64,000 nt of DNA, taken from assembly GCA_021792295.1 (NCBI GenBank), contig JAJYUY010000001.1, forward strand, positions 6,409-70,408, given 5' to 3'. Positions within the stretch are counted from its first letter, which is position 1; every line of letters starts with the position of its first letter. Shown here one piece after another: positions 53,825 to 63,151 of this stretch. The notes beneath the pieces are model-generated. The model had not been told where the DNA came from. It worked only from the letters and a program-made list of their open reading frames with translations, and made no database searches. Both the position numbers and the translations under genes were made by a program. Source of the stretch: Candidatus Micrarchaeota archaeon (GTDB lineage Archaea > Micrarchaeota > Micrarchaeia > Micrarchaeales > Micrarchaeaceae).

Positions 53825-55087
53825 ATGATGCTATTCAAATTCCTCGGTGGCGCGCAGGAGGTCGGGCGCTCGTCGATCCTGATGAGGGAGAGGGGGGGCA
53901 GCTCCCTGCTGCTGGACTGCGGCGTGAAGCTCGCCGACAAGCCGGAATACCCAATCGAGGTGCCGAACGTTGATGCGTTCATCCTAAGCCACGCCCACAT
54001 AGACCATAGCGGCGCCGCCCCCACAATATACGGCGAGCAGATGGTCCCTGCGTTCGGCACGCAGCCGACGCTCGACTTCTCCGAGCTGCTGCTCGAGGAC
54101 TCGCTGCAGATAGCGAGGAAGGAGCACCTGCAGGAGCGCTTCCATAAACGCCAGATAAAGAGCTTCATGAACAGGTACGTGCCGATGAATTACGGGAGGG
54201 CCGTCGATTTCAGGGACATGGAGATCACGATGCACGACGCGGGCCACATAAGCGGGAGCGCGATCACGCTGGTTGAGCGCAAGCATGCCCAGTCGAATCG
54301 AAGGATCGTCTACACCGGTGACTACAAGATCGAGCCGCAGTTCCTGCACAAGGGAGCAGAGTTCATAGAAAGCGACATACTTGTGACGGAATCCACATAC
54401 TCGCTTAGGGGGCACCCCAACAGGGAGGAGACCGTATCGAAGATAATCGAAAAGATCAGGGAGGTTCTCGAGAGCGGCGGCAACGTCCTCCTGCCCTCGT
54501 TCGCGGTTGGCAGGGCGCAGGAGATGCTAGTAATGCTCTACAAGAACGGGCTGATAGAACAGACATACGTCGACGGAATGGCGAGGCAGGCGACACGCAT
54601 AGCGCTCAGGTACAAGGGCTTCGTGACTGACTGGGAGTCGTTGAACGCTGCCGCGCACAAGGCTGTATTCGTGGAGAGCATCGCGGACAGGCTCGACGCG
54701 CTCTCTAAGCCGTCAGTGATACTCCCAACCGCAGGCATGCTCAATGGAGGGCCGGCGATCGGATACATAAAGAAGTTGAATGGCAGGTCAGAGATCCTGC
54801 TGACAGGGTACCAGGTAGAGGGAACCAACGGACGCATGCTGCTCGAGAGGGGAGCCATAAGGGACGGCGGCCACGAGATAAGAGTTCACGCAACAGCGAC
54901 ATACTTCGACCTCTCCGCCCATGCGGGGAGGGAGGAGCTGTTCGGGTACGTGAAGAGGAGCAAACCGAGCACGGTCATATGCGTGCACGGGGACGAGCAG
55001 GCCTCAACCTCGATGGCAGAGGCGCTGAAGCTGGAGGGCTACGAGGCATACGCGCCGAAGATCGGAGAGACGATAAAGCTGGACTGA
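53825..55087 (+). CDS. beta-CASP metallo-beta-lactamase-fold ribonuclease (aCPSF2/RNase J-like)
   Basis: ATG 53825 (MMLFKFLGGAQEVGRSS). ILSHAHIDHSGA motif. DAGHISGSA, TESTY, VHGDE. Confidence 0.8.
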   Translation: MMLFKFLGGAQEVGRSSILMRERGGSSLLLDCGVKLADKPEYPIEVPNVDAFILSHAHIDHSGAAPTIYGEQMVPAFGTQPTLDFSELLLEDSLQIARKEHLQERFHKRQIKSFMNRYVPMNYGRAVDFRDMEITMHDAGHISGSAITLVERKHAQSNRRIVYTGDYKIEPQFLHKGAEFIESDILVTESTYSLRGHPNREETVSKIIEKIREVLESGGNVLLPSFAVGRAQEMLVMLYKNGLIEQTYVDGMARQATRIALRYKGFVTDWESLNAAAHKAVFVESIADRLDALSKPSVILPTAGMLNGGPAIGYIKKLNGRSEILLTGYQVEGTNGRMLLERGAIRDGGHEIRVHATATYFDLSAHAGREELFGYVKRSKPSTVICVHGDEQASTSMAEALKLEGYEAYAPKIGETIKLD

Positions 55088-55368
55088 CAGGCCCATAGCA
55101 CGTCAACAACCTGGTTGCAGAGTAGAAGTTTTACGGTGCCCACAAAATTACGGGACCTGCCGCCCGCCTCCCCAAAGATGCCTGATATCAGGCTATAATC
55201 CTTTTTCTACTTTTGTCTATCAGGGATATACCACCTAAAGATAGTGTTACGTTGTTTGTCGTGTGATCAATGAAGAATGCATAACCTACATATAGGTTTT
55301 TAGGATGTGGCGAGGTTAAGTATATAACTCGCGGATATTTTTTTGTATGTGGTTTACCTTGTGATTGG

Positions 55369-56397
55369 ATGGCTGAAAAGTCGATAGATAGGCAACGGAG
55401 CATGCCGGACAAGGTGCAGAGCGAAAGGCCAGAGAAGCATAAGTCAAGGCTTGCCGCATTTGCAGAAATGGTAAAATCCGAGGCTGCAGAGAATGCAAAG
55501 CGTGCGCTAGCGATGGGCATACTGTCCGGTACGGCGTTCCTAGGGATGCAGAATATGCCGACAAATCTGAAACCGGCTCCGCAGGCCATCTATTATGTCG
55601 GACAGAAGATGGATACCGGCATTGTAAAGCAGATCGATTCATCTTTTCAATTAGGGCTGGTGTACAGGAACAACACAAACGAACTCAGGTACCAAGTTAT
55701 CGCAAAACCTGCCAACAATGCACACAGCAGCATAAACTACGAGCTGAACGGGCTGACGGACAGAGGTGACTGGTACCAGCTCAGTCTGACATCTGACAGT
55801 TCGAATGGTGCGTTCTCGATGAAATATGAGAATTGGGGGGCAGCGAGGACAAGCGCAACAGGTAAGAAGGACGTGGTTTCGACACCGCCCACCGAGGTTG
55901 CGTTCAACGGTCCGGTAAACTCCGGGGACAAGATAGACTTAACGCTCAGAATAGAAACCGGCACGGTGAGCATGCATGCGCATGACCTAAACACCGGAGC
56001 GCGCGCAGAAAAAAGTTTCAGCAGCAACAACGCAAATCGATTCGTCGGATCGAGGATGGAGAAGGGATTTTTTACCGGTCTGATGTCGGAAGGTACGGGC
56101 AGGACGAACATTTTTACGCTTTCAAACATTGGTGGAAACGATTACAGGAGCCTTGACGGTCCCGTCGCTTTCAGCAGAGGATTCGAAACCCTAAGCGTTT
56201 ATCTATATCAACACAGGCATGTGATAGAGACTCTCAACGGCAAACCGGTCGAATATTTCCCAAAGACGGCACACCTGATAGGCAAAAGCGGATCGGCATA
56301 CCTGATAAACATAGAAGGAGAAAATTTCGATAGTGTTCATGACGGTGTAAAAATCTCGGAGTCTGGAAGGAACACATACATAGGAGTTAACGATTAG
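55369..56397 (+). CDS. membrane-anchored extracellular beta-rich protein, possibly eqolisin (G1)/thermopsin-like acid peptidase fold
   Basis: Charged N-terminus followed by a hydrophobic segment ALAMGILSGTAFLGM. VNSGDKIDLTLRIETGTVSMHAHDLNTGARAEKSFS resembles the remembered ISEGDSIKVTV...TVENLTTGQS block of G1 peptidases. The assignment is weak. Confidence 0.5.
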   Translation: MAEKSIDRQRSMPDKVQSERPEKHKSRLAAFAEMVKSEAAENAKRALAMGILSGTAFLGMQNMPTNLKPAPQAIYYVGQKMDTGIVKQIDSSFQLGLVYRNNTNELRYQVIAKPANNAHSSINYELNGLTDRGDWYQLSLTSDSSNGAFSMKYENWGAARTSATGKKDVVSTPPTEVAFNGPVNSGDKIDLTLRIETGTVSMHAHDLNTGARAEKSFSSNNANRFVGSRMEKGFFTGLMSEGTGRTNIFTLSNIGGNDYRSLDGPVAFSRGFETLSVYLYQHRHVIETLNGKPVEYFPKTAHLIGKSGSAYLINIEGENFDSVHDGVKISESGRNTYIGVND

Positions 56398-56702
56398 CGC
56401 TTTGCGGATCTTCTGGAATGGCTTTGTAATGCAATTATCACCCCACCAAGAAGCAAGCCCATCGCAAGGTTGGTCTTGAAGACTGGCAGTTAAACGACAT
56501 GAGGCTGCCCCACTGCCGCTATGGCGTCTCACACAGTGAAAAGGATTAGGCTCCAAGGAGTTCATAATGGCGCGATGGGGCCCTATGGATATCAACGACT
56601 GCTCGCCCTCGAGAGACGCAAGCCGCCTCCTGTGCAGGCATGCACCCGCCACCTAGCCATTTGGGCGCACGGCCGGCCCATCTCCGAGGAAAAAGGGCAA
56701 GA

Positions 56703-56710
56703 TTTATATA
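56703..56710 (+). promoter_or_regulatory. TATA-like box upstream of the thermosome gene
   Basis: tttatata lies ~75 nt upstream of ATG 56784. Confidence 0.35.
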
Positions 56711-56783
56711 GTTTCACGCAAGAAAGCTTATTCAGATTCTTTTAGCATGGCGGCCCTTAATTCTACGCTTAATAAGTGATATA

Positions 56784-58454
56784 ATGGCAGAAAACAATTT
56801 AAATGGACAACAGGTATATCTGCTCCCAGAGGGAGCATCAAGGCTTCTCGGCAGGGATGCGCAGAGGACGAACATAGCGGTCGCGGTCGCTGTAGCAAGC
56901 GCGGTGCGCACGACACTGGGCCCGAAGGGCATGGACAAGATGATGGTGAGCGACCTCGGTGACGTGATCATAACGAACGACGGCGCGACGATCCTCCAGG
57001 AGATGAACGTGGAGCACCCTGTCGCGAAGATAATGGTCAACATAGCGAAGACGCAGGACAAGGAGGTGGGCGACGGGACCACGAGCGTCGTGATACTCGC
57101 AGGCGAGCTCCTCAAGGGGGCGGGCGACCTGCTCGAGCAGGGCATACACCCAACCACAATAATCAAGGGCTACAAGATGGCCGCGCGGAAGGCGAGCGAT
57201 GTGCTCGGCGATTATGCGCGCAAGGTGGGCGTCGACGATGAGAGCACGCTGGAGAAGATAGCGATGGTATCAATGGGCTCGAAGAACGTCGGGGACGACT
57301 CGACAAAGCTCGAGCTCGGCAAGATGGTGATAAGGGCGGTCAAGCAGGTAATGGAGAAGGACGCGAGCGGCAAGACGGTAATAGACCACGACTTCATAAA
57401 GGTGGAGAAGAAGGCAGGGGGCAGTGTGGCCGACACGCAGTTCATAAACGGCGTGCTGATAGACAAGGAGGTCACCCATCCGGGAATGCCGAGATCAGCG
57501 GCCAACGCCAGGATAGCGCTGCTCGACGTTGCGCTTGAGATAGAGAAGACAGAGACAGATGCACGCATCGAGATAACCTCGCCAGAGCAGATGCAGGCCT
57601 TCCTGCAGCAGGAGGAGCACACCCTGAAGGAGATGGCGGAGAAGATCAAGAAGAGCGGCGCAAACGTCGTGTTCACGCAGAAGGGCATCGACGACGTCGC
57701 CCAGCACTTCCTTGCCAAGCAGGGGGTCATGGCGGTGAGGAGGGTCAAGAAGAGCGACATGGAGAAGCTGTCGAGGGCCACGAACGCGAAGGTCGTGACG
57801 AGCCTAGATGACCTCTCCCCGAGCGACCTAGGGAACGCCGGTCTGGTGGAGGAGCGCAAGATAAGCGGGGAGCAGATGGTCTTCGTGGAGAAGTGCAAGA
57901 ACCCGAAGAGCGTCACCATATTCGTGAGAGGTAGCACAGAGCAGGTGGTCGACGAGGTCGAGAGGTCGGTCACAGATGTGATCGGCGCGATATCCAGCGT
58001 GGTAGCCGACGGCAAGTACGTCATCGGCGGCGGCAGCGTGGAGATCGACGCGGCCAACAGGCTGCGCTCTTATTCCGGCGACGTTGGCGGCCGGGAGCAG
58101 CTGGCGATCCAGAGATTCGCCGACGCACTCGAGGCGATACCGAAGACGCTGTCGGACAGCGCAGGGATGGACGCGATAGACACGCTGGTGCAGCTTAGGA
58201 ACAAGCACAAGGCGAAGGGCGGCGATGTCTACGGGGTCGACATATTCGGGAACGCGGTCGGCAACATGGAGAAGGCAGGGGTTTTCGAGCCGCTGAAGGT
58301 AAAGACACAGGCGATATACAGCGCCAGCGAGGCGGCAGAGATAATCCTTAGGATCGACGACATAATAAGCTCGAAGGGCAAGGGCTCCGGCGCAGGCGGC
58401 GCAGGAGGCGGAATGCCCCCTGGCGGCATGGGTGGAATGGGCGAATCGGACTAG
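56784..58454 (+). CDS. ths: thermosome subunit (group II chaperonin)
   Basis: [33 protein letters not shown], and a GGM-type C-terminal tail. Confidence 0.95.
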   Translation: MAENNLNGQQVYLLPEGASRLLGRDAQRTNIAVAVAVASAVRTTLGPKGMDKMMVSDLGDVIITNDGATILQEMNVEHPVAKIMVNIAKTQDKEVGDGTTSVVILAGELLKGAGDLLEQGIHPTTIIKGYKMAARKASDVLGDYARKVGVDDESTLEKIAMVSMGSKNVGDDSTKLELGKMVIRAVKQVMEKDASGKTVIDHDFIKVEKKAGGSVADTQFINGVLIDKEVTHPGMPRSAANARIALLDVALEIEKTETDARIEITSPEQMQAFLQQEEHTLKEMAEKIKKSGANVVFTQKGIDDVAQHFLAKQGVMAVRRVKKSDMEKLSRATNAKVVTSLDDLSPSDLGNAGLVEERKISGEQMVFVEKCKNPKSVTIFVRGSTEQVVDEVERSVTDVIGAISSVVADGKYVIGGGSVEIDAANRLRSYSGDVGGREQLAIQRFADALEAIPKTLSDSAGMDAIDTLVQLRNKHKAKGGDVYGVDIFGNAVGNMEKAGVFEPLKVKTQAIYSASEAAEIILRIDDIISSKGKGSGAGGAGGGMPPGGMGGMGESD

Positions 58455-58462
58455 CCCTGTCC

Positions 58463-59038
58463 ATGACCGGAAAGATCGTGATCGTGGCCGGCTCGCCAGG
58501 GGCTGGAAAGTCGACGGTGCTGGCCGCCCTCTCGCGGAAGCACAAGGCTGTCATAGTGAACCTGGGCACGCTGATGCTAGAGGCGGCGAAGGACAAGCGC
58601 ATCGCCAGCGACAGGGACGGCATGCGCTACCTTAGCAACGAGAAGCTGAGCGTGCTCAGGAAAGAGGCCATGACCAGGATCTCGAAGATGGGAGGGCACA
58701 TAATAATCGATACCCACACCACAATAGGCGAGAACGGCATATACATGCCGGGCTTCCCGACCGAGACCCTTCGGGCGGTCAGTGGGGTTAGCGGTCTTAT
58801 ATATATAGATGCGACGCCAAAGGACATAATAGAAAGGAGGAAGGGGGACAGCTCAAGGAGGCGCGAGGACGAGGACGAGCAGATGATCTCCAACCAGCGC
58901 CAACTCGACGTCTCGATGCTGGCGATAGTCTCTTCGCAGCTGAACGTGCCCGTCTTCATCGTGATAAACAGGCACGGGCAGATAGAGCGGACGGTCGATG
59001 AGATAAAGAGAAGGCTCGACGAGCTCTTCGGTGCATAG
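58463..59038 (+). CDS. adkA: adenylate kinase, archaeal type
   Basis: KIVIVAGSPGAGKSTV P-loop. 191 aa. Sits in the conserved adk-DUF106-L34e-cmk-L14e order. Confidence 0.85.
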   Translation: MTGKIVIVAGSPGAGKSTVLAALSRKHKAVIVNLGTLMLEAAKDKRIASDRDGMRYLSNEKLSVLRKEAMTRISKMGGHIIIDTHTTIGENGIYMPGFPTETLRAVSGVSGLIYIDATPKDIIERRKGDSSRRREDEDEQMISNQRQLDVSMLAIVSSQLNVPVFIVINRHGQIERTVDEIKRRLDELFGA

Positions 59039-59040
59039 GA

Positions 59041-59547
59041 ATGGGTTTCATACCAATACCAAATTACGGGCTTACAGGCGGCACAGAGGCGATCATACTT
59101 GTGATCGCAGTAGCCTATGCCATATTGACGATCCTCTTCCAGAGGAAGATAACGAACGTGAAGCGCATGCGCGAGATACAGGCGCGGATCTCGAGGGTGT
59201 CCGCCGAGATGAAGGAGCTGACGAAGAGGAACGCATCGCAGCAGGAGCTCATGTCGAAGCAGAAGGAGATAATGCCGCTGATGGGCGAATCGATGAGGTC
59301 GAGCATAAAGCCCATGCTGGTGATACTGCCCATCTTCCTGCTCATGTACTACGTGCTGCTGCCCAACCTGCCGATATCCGCGGGGAACCCAAAGGGCGTC
59401 CAGGGGTTCTTCTTCATGGTCGTTTTCATAGTCGGCATCGTGCTGGCGGCCGCTCTAATGATAATCGACCGCAGGGCCACGAAGGCGGTCGAGAAGGAGC
59501 TGGCCTCGAATGGCAATGCCGGCCCACAGCCGGTTAGCGTTAAATAG
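59041..59547 (+). CDS. DUF106 / EMC3-Oxa1-like membrane protein
   Basis: TM segment, then coiled coil (KRMREIQARISRVSAEMKELTK), then two more TM segments. Conserved position after adk. Confidence 0.7.
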   Translation: MGFIPIPNYGLTGGTEAIILVIAVAYAILTILFQRKITNVKRMREIQARISRVSAEMKELTKRNASQQELMSKQKEIMPLMGESMRSSIKPMLVILPIFLLMYYVLLPNLPISAGNPKGVQGFFFMVVFIVGIVLAAALMIIDRRATKAVEKELASNGNAGPQPVSVK

Positions 59548-59555
59548 GTGTTTAA

Positions 59556-59873
59556 TTGCCAAAGCCAATGCACAGGTCAAGAAGCTTCAAGAAGGCCAAC
59601 AGGATAACCAGCACCGGCAGGAATGTCGTGCACTACAGGAGAGCCAAGCCGTCGCAGCCCCACTGTGCCATATGCTCGGCGGAGCTTAACGGGATAAGCG
59701 CGAGCGGCGGGAGGTCCAGGCGCACGAACAGCCGCCTGTTCGGCGGCGTCCTCTGCGCGAGGTGCACCTCCGACGTTGTCAAGCTTGGCAGCAGGGTCGA
59801 GAACGGGGAGATGAAGCTGGACGAGATAGGGATCAGGCAGAAGGCCTACGTGCTCCAGCTCCTGGCGCACTAG
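59556..59873 (+). CDS. rpl34e: 50S ribosomal protein L34e
   Basis: RSRSFKK..RITSTGRNVVHYR...CAICSAEL...CARC. Confidence 0.85.
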   Translation: MPKPMHRSRSFKKANRITSTGRNVVHYRRAKPSQPHCAICSAELNGISASGGRSRRTNSRLFGGVLCARCTSDVVKLGSRVENGEMKLDEIGIRQKAYVLQLLAH

Positions 59874-59901
59874 GGATTCTACGATAATAACCATATCGGG
59901 C

Positions 59902-60477
59902 ATGCCGGGCTCGGGGAAGAGCACCCTTGCGGAGCGGCTCTCCGCCGCGCTCGGCATGAAACGCTACTACATCGGCGCCATGCGGAGGGAGATAGCGAGG
60001 CGCAGGGGCATGACGCTCGAGCAATTCAACCGTCTGGGCGAGACCGATCCCTCGACCGACAGGGAGGTGGACGAATACCAGGTCAAGCTCGCTAAGCGGG
60101 AGGACAACATAATAATCGAGGGCAGAACCTCGTTCTTCCTTGTACCGGACTCGCTGAAGATCTTCGTGGACGTTGATTTCAATGAGGGGTGCGCTCGCAT
60201 ACTGAAAGAGCTGCAGGATACCGCAGGGGCAGGCCAAAGGAACGAGACCGGCGCAAAGACGCTGGATGGGCTGGAGGCGTCGGTTCGGGCCAGGCTCGAG
60301 TCGGACAGGCTGCGCTACAAGAAATACTACGACATGGACGACGTTTACGACAGACGGCATTTCGACCTGGTGATAGACACCACCGGGCGCACGCCAGACG
60401 AAACCTACGAGAAGGCGCTCTCCATGGTCAGGGCCGCGATGAACGCCAGGGCCGGCAGCACGCGCACAACGGTTTAA
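59902..60477 (+). CDS. cmk: cytidylate kinase, archaeal type
   Basis: The first ATG gives MPGSGKSTLAERL, which is the P-loop without the beta-1 strand. In-frame upstream codons ACG ATA ATA ACC ATA TCG GGC encode (T)IITISG, so the true start is probably at 59881-59884. See findings. Confidence 0.8.
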   Translation: MPGSGKSTLAERLSAALGMKRYYIGAMRREIARRRGMTLEQFNRLGETDPSTDREVDEYQVKLAKREDNIIIEGRTSFFLVPDSLKIFVDVDFNEGCARILKELQDTAGAGQRNETGAKTLDGLEASVRARLESDRLRYKKYYDMDDVYDRRHFDLVIDTTGRTPDETYEKALSMVRAAMNARAGSTRTTV

Positions 60478-60540
60478 TAGGTTGCGCCCAAATACCTATT
60501 TAACCCACAGATTAGAATCCGCCGGGCAAGAGCTGATTGC

Positions 60541-60792
60541 ATGTTGTTAGAAATTGGAAGGGTATGCATAAAGAAGAACGGCCGCGACGCCGGAAGCAGG
60601 GCGGTCGTGACGAAAGTGATCGACAGCAGGTTCGTGAGCATAGTCACCACGACAAGGCCCAAGGAGCGCAGGTGTAACTCGAGCCATCTCGAGTTCCTCG
60701 CGGAGAAAATCGACGTATCCGACAGGGTGCAGCTCAACAAGGCGCTCGGCATATCCGACGCTCCGGCGAATCAGCGCGGCGCAAAGCCCTGA
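60541..60792 (+). CDS. rpl14e: 50S ribosomal protein L14e
   Basis: EIGRVCIKKNGRDAGSRAVVTKVID (KOW). 83 aa. Confidence 0.85.
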   Translation: MLLEIGRVCIKKNGRDAGSRAVVTKVIDSRFVSIVTTTRPKERRCNSSHLEFLAEKIDVSDRVQLNKALGISDAPANQRGAKP

Positions 60793-61989
60793 TCAGCGTT
60801 CCAGGAGCTCCAGCGCCTGTTCCAGCGCCTTCTCCTTTTTCGCGCTCGCAAGCGCGTGGAACAGCTCCCCGGGATTTATGCGCCCGTCGAACCCATACTC
60901 CCTTAGCCTGTCCCCCAGCATGCGCATGCCAAGCTCCTTGACGCTGGCGCCGCCTGTCCTGTTCTCCCTGACCTCCTCTATGCCCTTCTCAACATCGCGG
61001 CTCTTCAGCCTCGACGAATCTATGTCGATTATCGCGCTCTTCGAGTGCCTCATCAAGACCGCCTGCAGCGGAAGGTCTGCGCTGTCGAACCCCCCGGCGA
61101 TGCTCCCTGACAGCTTCAGCCTTATTATGGGTCTCCCCCCCTCCTTCGCAAGCACCGACTCGATAGCATCATCACAGGCCCGTTTCACCGTCCCAGGCTC
61201 AGCGTCCACGAAATTTAGCTCCTCGACGAACATCTTACGGCTGTTTATAGCGACGAAATCGCAGCTTTTCGACTCTGTGTCTAATATCATGAATCCCTTC
61301 GGCTCCTGCTCACCGTCCTTCAGCTGCGTGAGCACCGTGCTTCCGGGTATGATGAACGGCTTCCCGTGGACCGTGGCGCGGACTATGCTGTGTATGTGCC
61401 CGCACACGTACAGGTCGAAGCCCTTCGGCAGGTCGCTGTAGTGTATGAACTCGTCGCTGAACGGGAGTATCTCATGGACCGACTGGTGGAACATGAATAT
61501 GCTGAAAAGCCCATCGACCGGCTTGGGATCCAGCCGCGCGAGCGTTTCTTTAACCCTCTCCTCGGATATCCCACCAAGGCCGTACACCGCGACCCTCTCA
61601 TCACCCTTCTCGATTATCGTCGTGGACTCGCTCGTATCGACCAGCAGCCCCGCCAACCCTAGCAGGTTCAGGGGGTTGTCCTTCCCCTCTGCAGTGCGCT
61701 CATGCGTCCCTGATATCGCGACGACCGGCGCCTTGGTGAAGGAGGCGCGCGCGCTCCTGAACTCTGACACGCGCGCATTCCATCTCATCGATGAGGTCTC
61801 CCTGAAGAGGTTTATCGCCTGCGCTATCACCTCCGGCTTCGGCGCCCTCCTATCGAATATGTCGCCAGGCAGTATCACAGCGTCGGCCATGCGGTTTGCC
61901 ATCTCGAGCGCCTCTCTGGCCTGGCTTATCGCGTCGTCCGCGAAGCGCTCGTAGCCTATGTGCAGATCCGACACGATCGCTATCTTCAC
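60793..61989 (-). CDS. mre11: Mre11-type DNA repair metallophosphoesterase
   Basis: MKIAIVSDLHIG, ILPGDIFD, GTHE, MFHQ, VCGHIH. Confidence 0.8.
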   Translation of the reverse strand: MKIAIVSDLHIGYERFADDAISQAREALEMANRMADAVILPGDIFDRRAPKPEVIAQAINLFRETSSMRWNARVSEFRSARASFTKAPVVAISGTHERTAEGKDNPLNLLGLAGLLVDTSESTTIIEKGDERVAVYGLGGISEERVKETLARLDPKPVDGLFSIFMFHQSVHEILPFSDEFIHYSDLPKGFDLYVCGHIHSIVRATVHGKPFIIPGSTVLTQLKDGEQEPKGFMILDTESKSCDFVAINSRKMFVEELNFVDAEPGTVKRACDDAIESVLAKEGGRPIIRLKLSGSIAGGFDSADLPLQAVLMRHSKSAIIDIDSSRLKSRDVEKGIEEVRENRTGGASVKELGMRMLGDRLREYGFDGRINPGELFHALASAKKEKALEQALELLER

Positions 61990-61995
61990 CTGGGT

Positions 61996-62343
61996 TCACC
62001 CCTTCGATTCCTTAAGCGCAGCAGTTATCTCTGCCCTCAGGCTCTGCTCCTTCTTCGAAAGCTCATCGTACTGCCTCTTTACGATCCCCGCTCTCATCTC
62101 GGAACTTTCAAGGCGCTCCTTTATATCCCTCATCGCCTTTTCCCTTTCGGTCTCGACGATGGCGCCGCCTATCGCGAGGTACACCTTGCCCTTGCCGGCC
62201 TCAATCTCTTTCTGCGCCCCTTCGAGATCCGCCTTCTGCGCGGCGAGCTGTTCCCTCTGCAGCGCAAGGTTCTGCAACTGCTCGTGGAGCGCGTTGTATT
62301 CTCGCGTCATCTTTTCAAGCTGCTCCCTGTCCATAGAAATCAC
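61996..62343 (-). CDS. pfdB: prefoldin beta subunit
   Basis: Coiled coil, beta hairpin (KVYLAIGGAIVETE), coiled coil. ~112 aa. Confidence 0.8.
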   Translation of the reverse strand: MISMDREQLEKMTREYNALHEQLQNLALQREQLAAQKADLEGAQKEIEAGKGKVYLAIGGAIVETEREKAMRDIKERLESSEMRAGIVKRQYDELSKKEQSLRAEITAALKESKG

Positions 62344-62679
62344 TACTATTACCCAGTTAAAGCTTAAATCCTAAAGGTGGGCAACACTGCCAGGAGCGTT
62401 GCAGCAAAATTACCTATACAGGGCAAAAGCCAAACAGTTTACAAGTGGGGGGAGCAGCTTCATGCGGCTAAACGAAACGATAAGTTAGAGGCCCCGCTCA
62501 GGCATTTATCAGGAAAATGCACCATACGGGTAAAGGAGAGCCGATATTGGATACAGGCGCTATTCAATGAAACCCATAAAAACCTGTCGAGAGAAAATAT
62601 TAGCGGGATACGGCACAAAACCACTGCCAGGGCAATGCATTTATATTTGCCACACCGACCCATAGGATAAGGTGGTAAT

Positions 62680-63150
62680 ATGTCTTCCATTGAAACAGGG
62701 GGGGCCAGCATTCTCAGAGCGGTACTCGACGGGCGATCCAAGCCGGAATCATTGCTGGCAGAATGGGCCGCACATAGCAGAAACGCACGCTCTGTAGAAA
62801 TCGCTAGGATACAACCTAGGAGCGATAACTGGGTGGAGCGCGTAACCTCCAATCCCCCGATCGCAGAGGCGCTTTCTAGGAGGGGCCCAATGGATGTCAT
62901 GATAAGCGGGGCCTGCAGGATTGTGAGGCGTCTCGACTCCCTCTCTGCGGTAGAATTTGCGTTTCAGGTGGATGGGCTGGTGGAGGAAGCGATTTACAGC
63001 GGCATACTAAACACAGACTCCTCATTCTTCTTCGCTTCTGCAAGAATGGAGGCGCGCCATTACCTACTACGCACCAGTTCCGTATTCAAAATCCTGTCAC
63101 TGCTTAGGCGCAACGGATCCAAGACCGGCGCTGGCAGAGGCAGGCCATAG
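62680..63150 (+). CDS. hypothetical protein
   Basis: 156-aa ORF preceded by aaggtggtaatATG (SD-like GGTGG). No family recognised. Confidence 0.4.
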   Translation: MSSIETGGASILRAVLDGRSKPESLLAEWAAHSRNARSVEIARIQPRSDNWVERVTSNPPIAEALSRRGPMDVMISGACRIVRRLDSLSAVEFAFQVDGLVEEAIYSGILNTDSSFFFASARMEARHYLLRTSSVFKILSLLRRNGSKTGAGRGRP

Positions 63151-63151
63151 C

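Noticed and set aside
62345-62680. Possible RNase P RNA or SRP RNA in the ORF-free spacers at 62345-62680, 56398-56700 and 32930-33230.
   Set aside because: I could not find the conserved cores on either strand: the GAGGAAAGUCC / ACAGAA-type P4 strands for RNase P, or the GGAAG…AGCA helix-8 motif and paired termini for SRP RNA. The segments remain unexplained but are not assignable to these RNAs.
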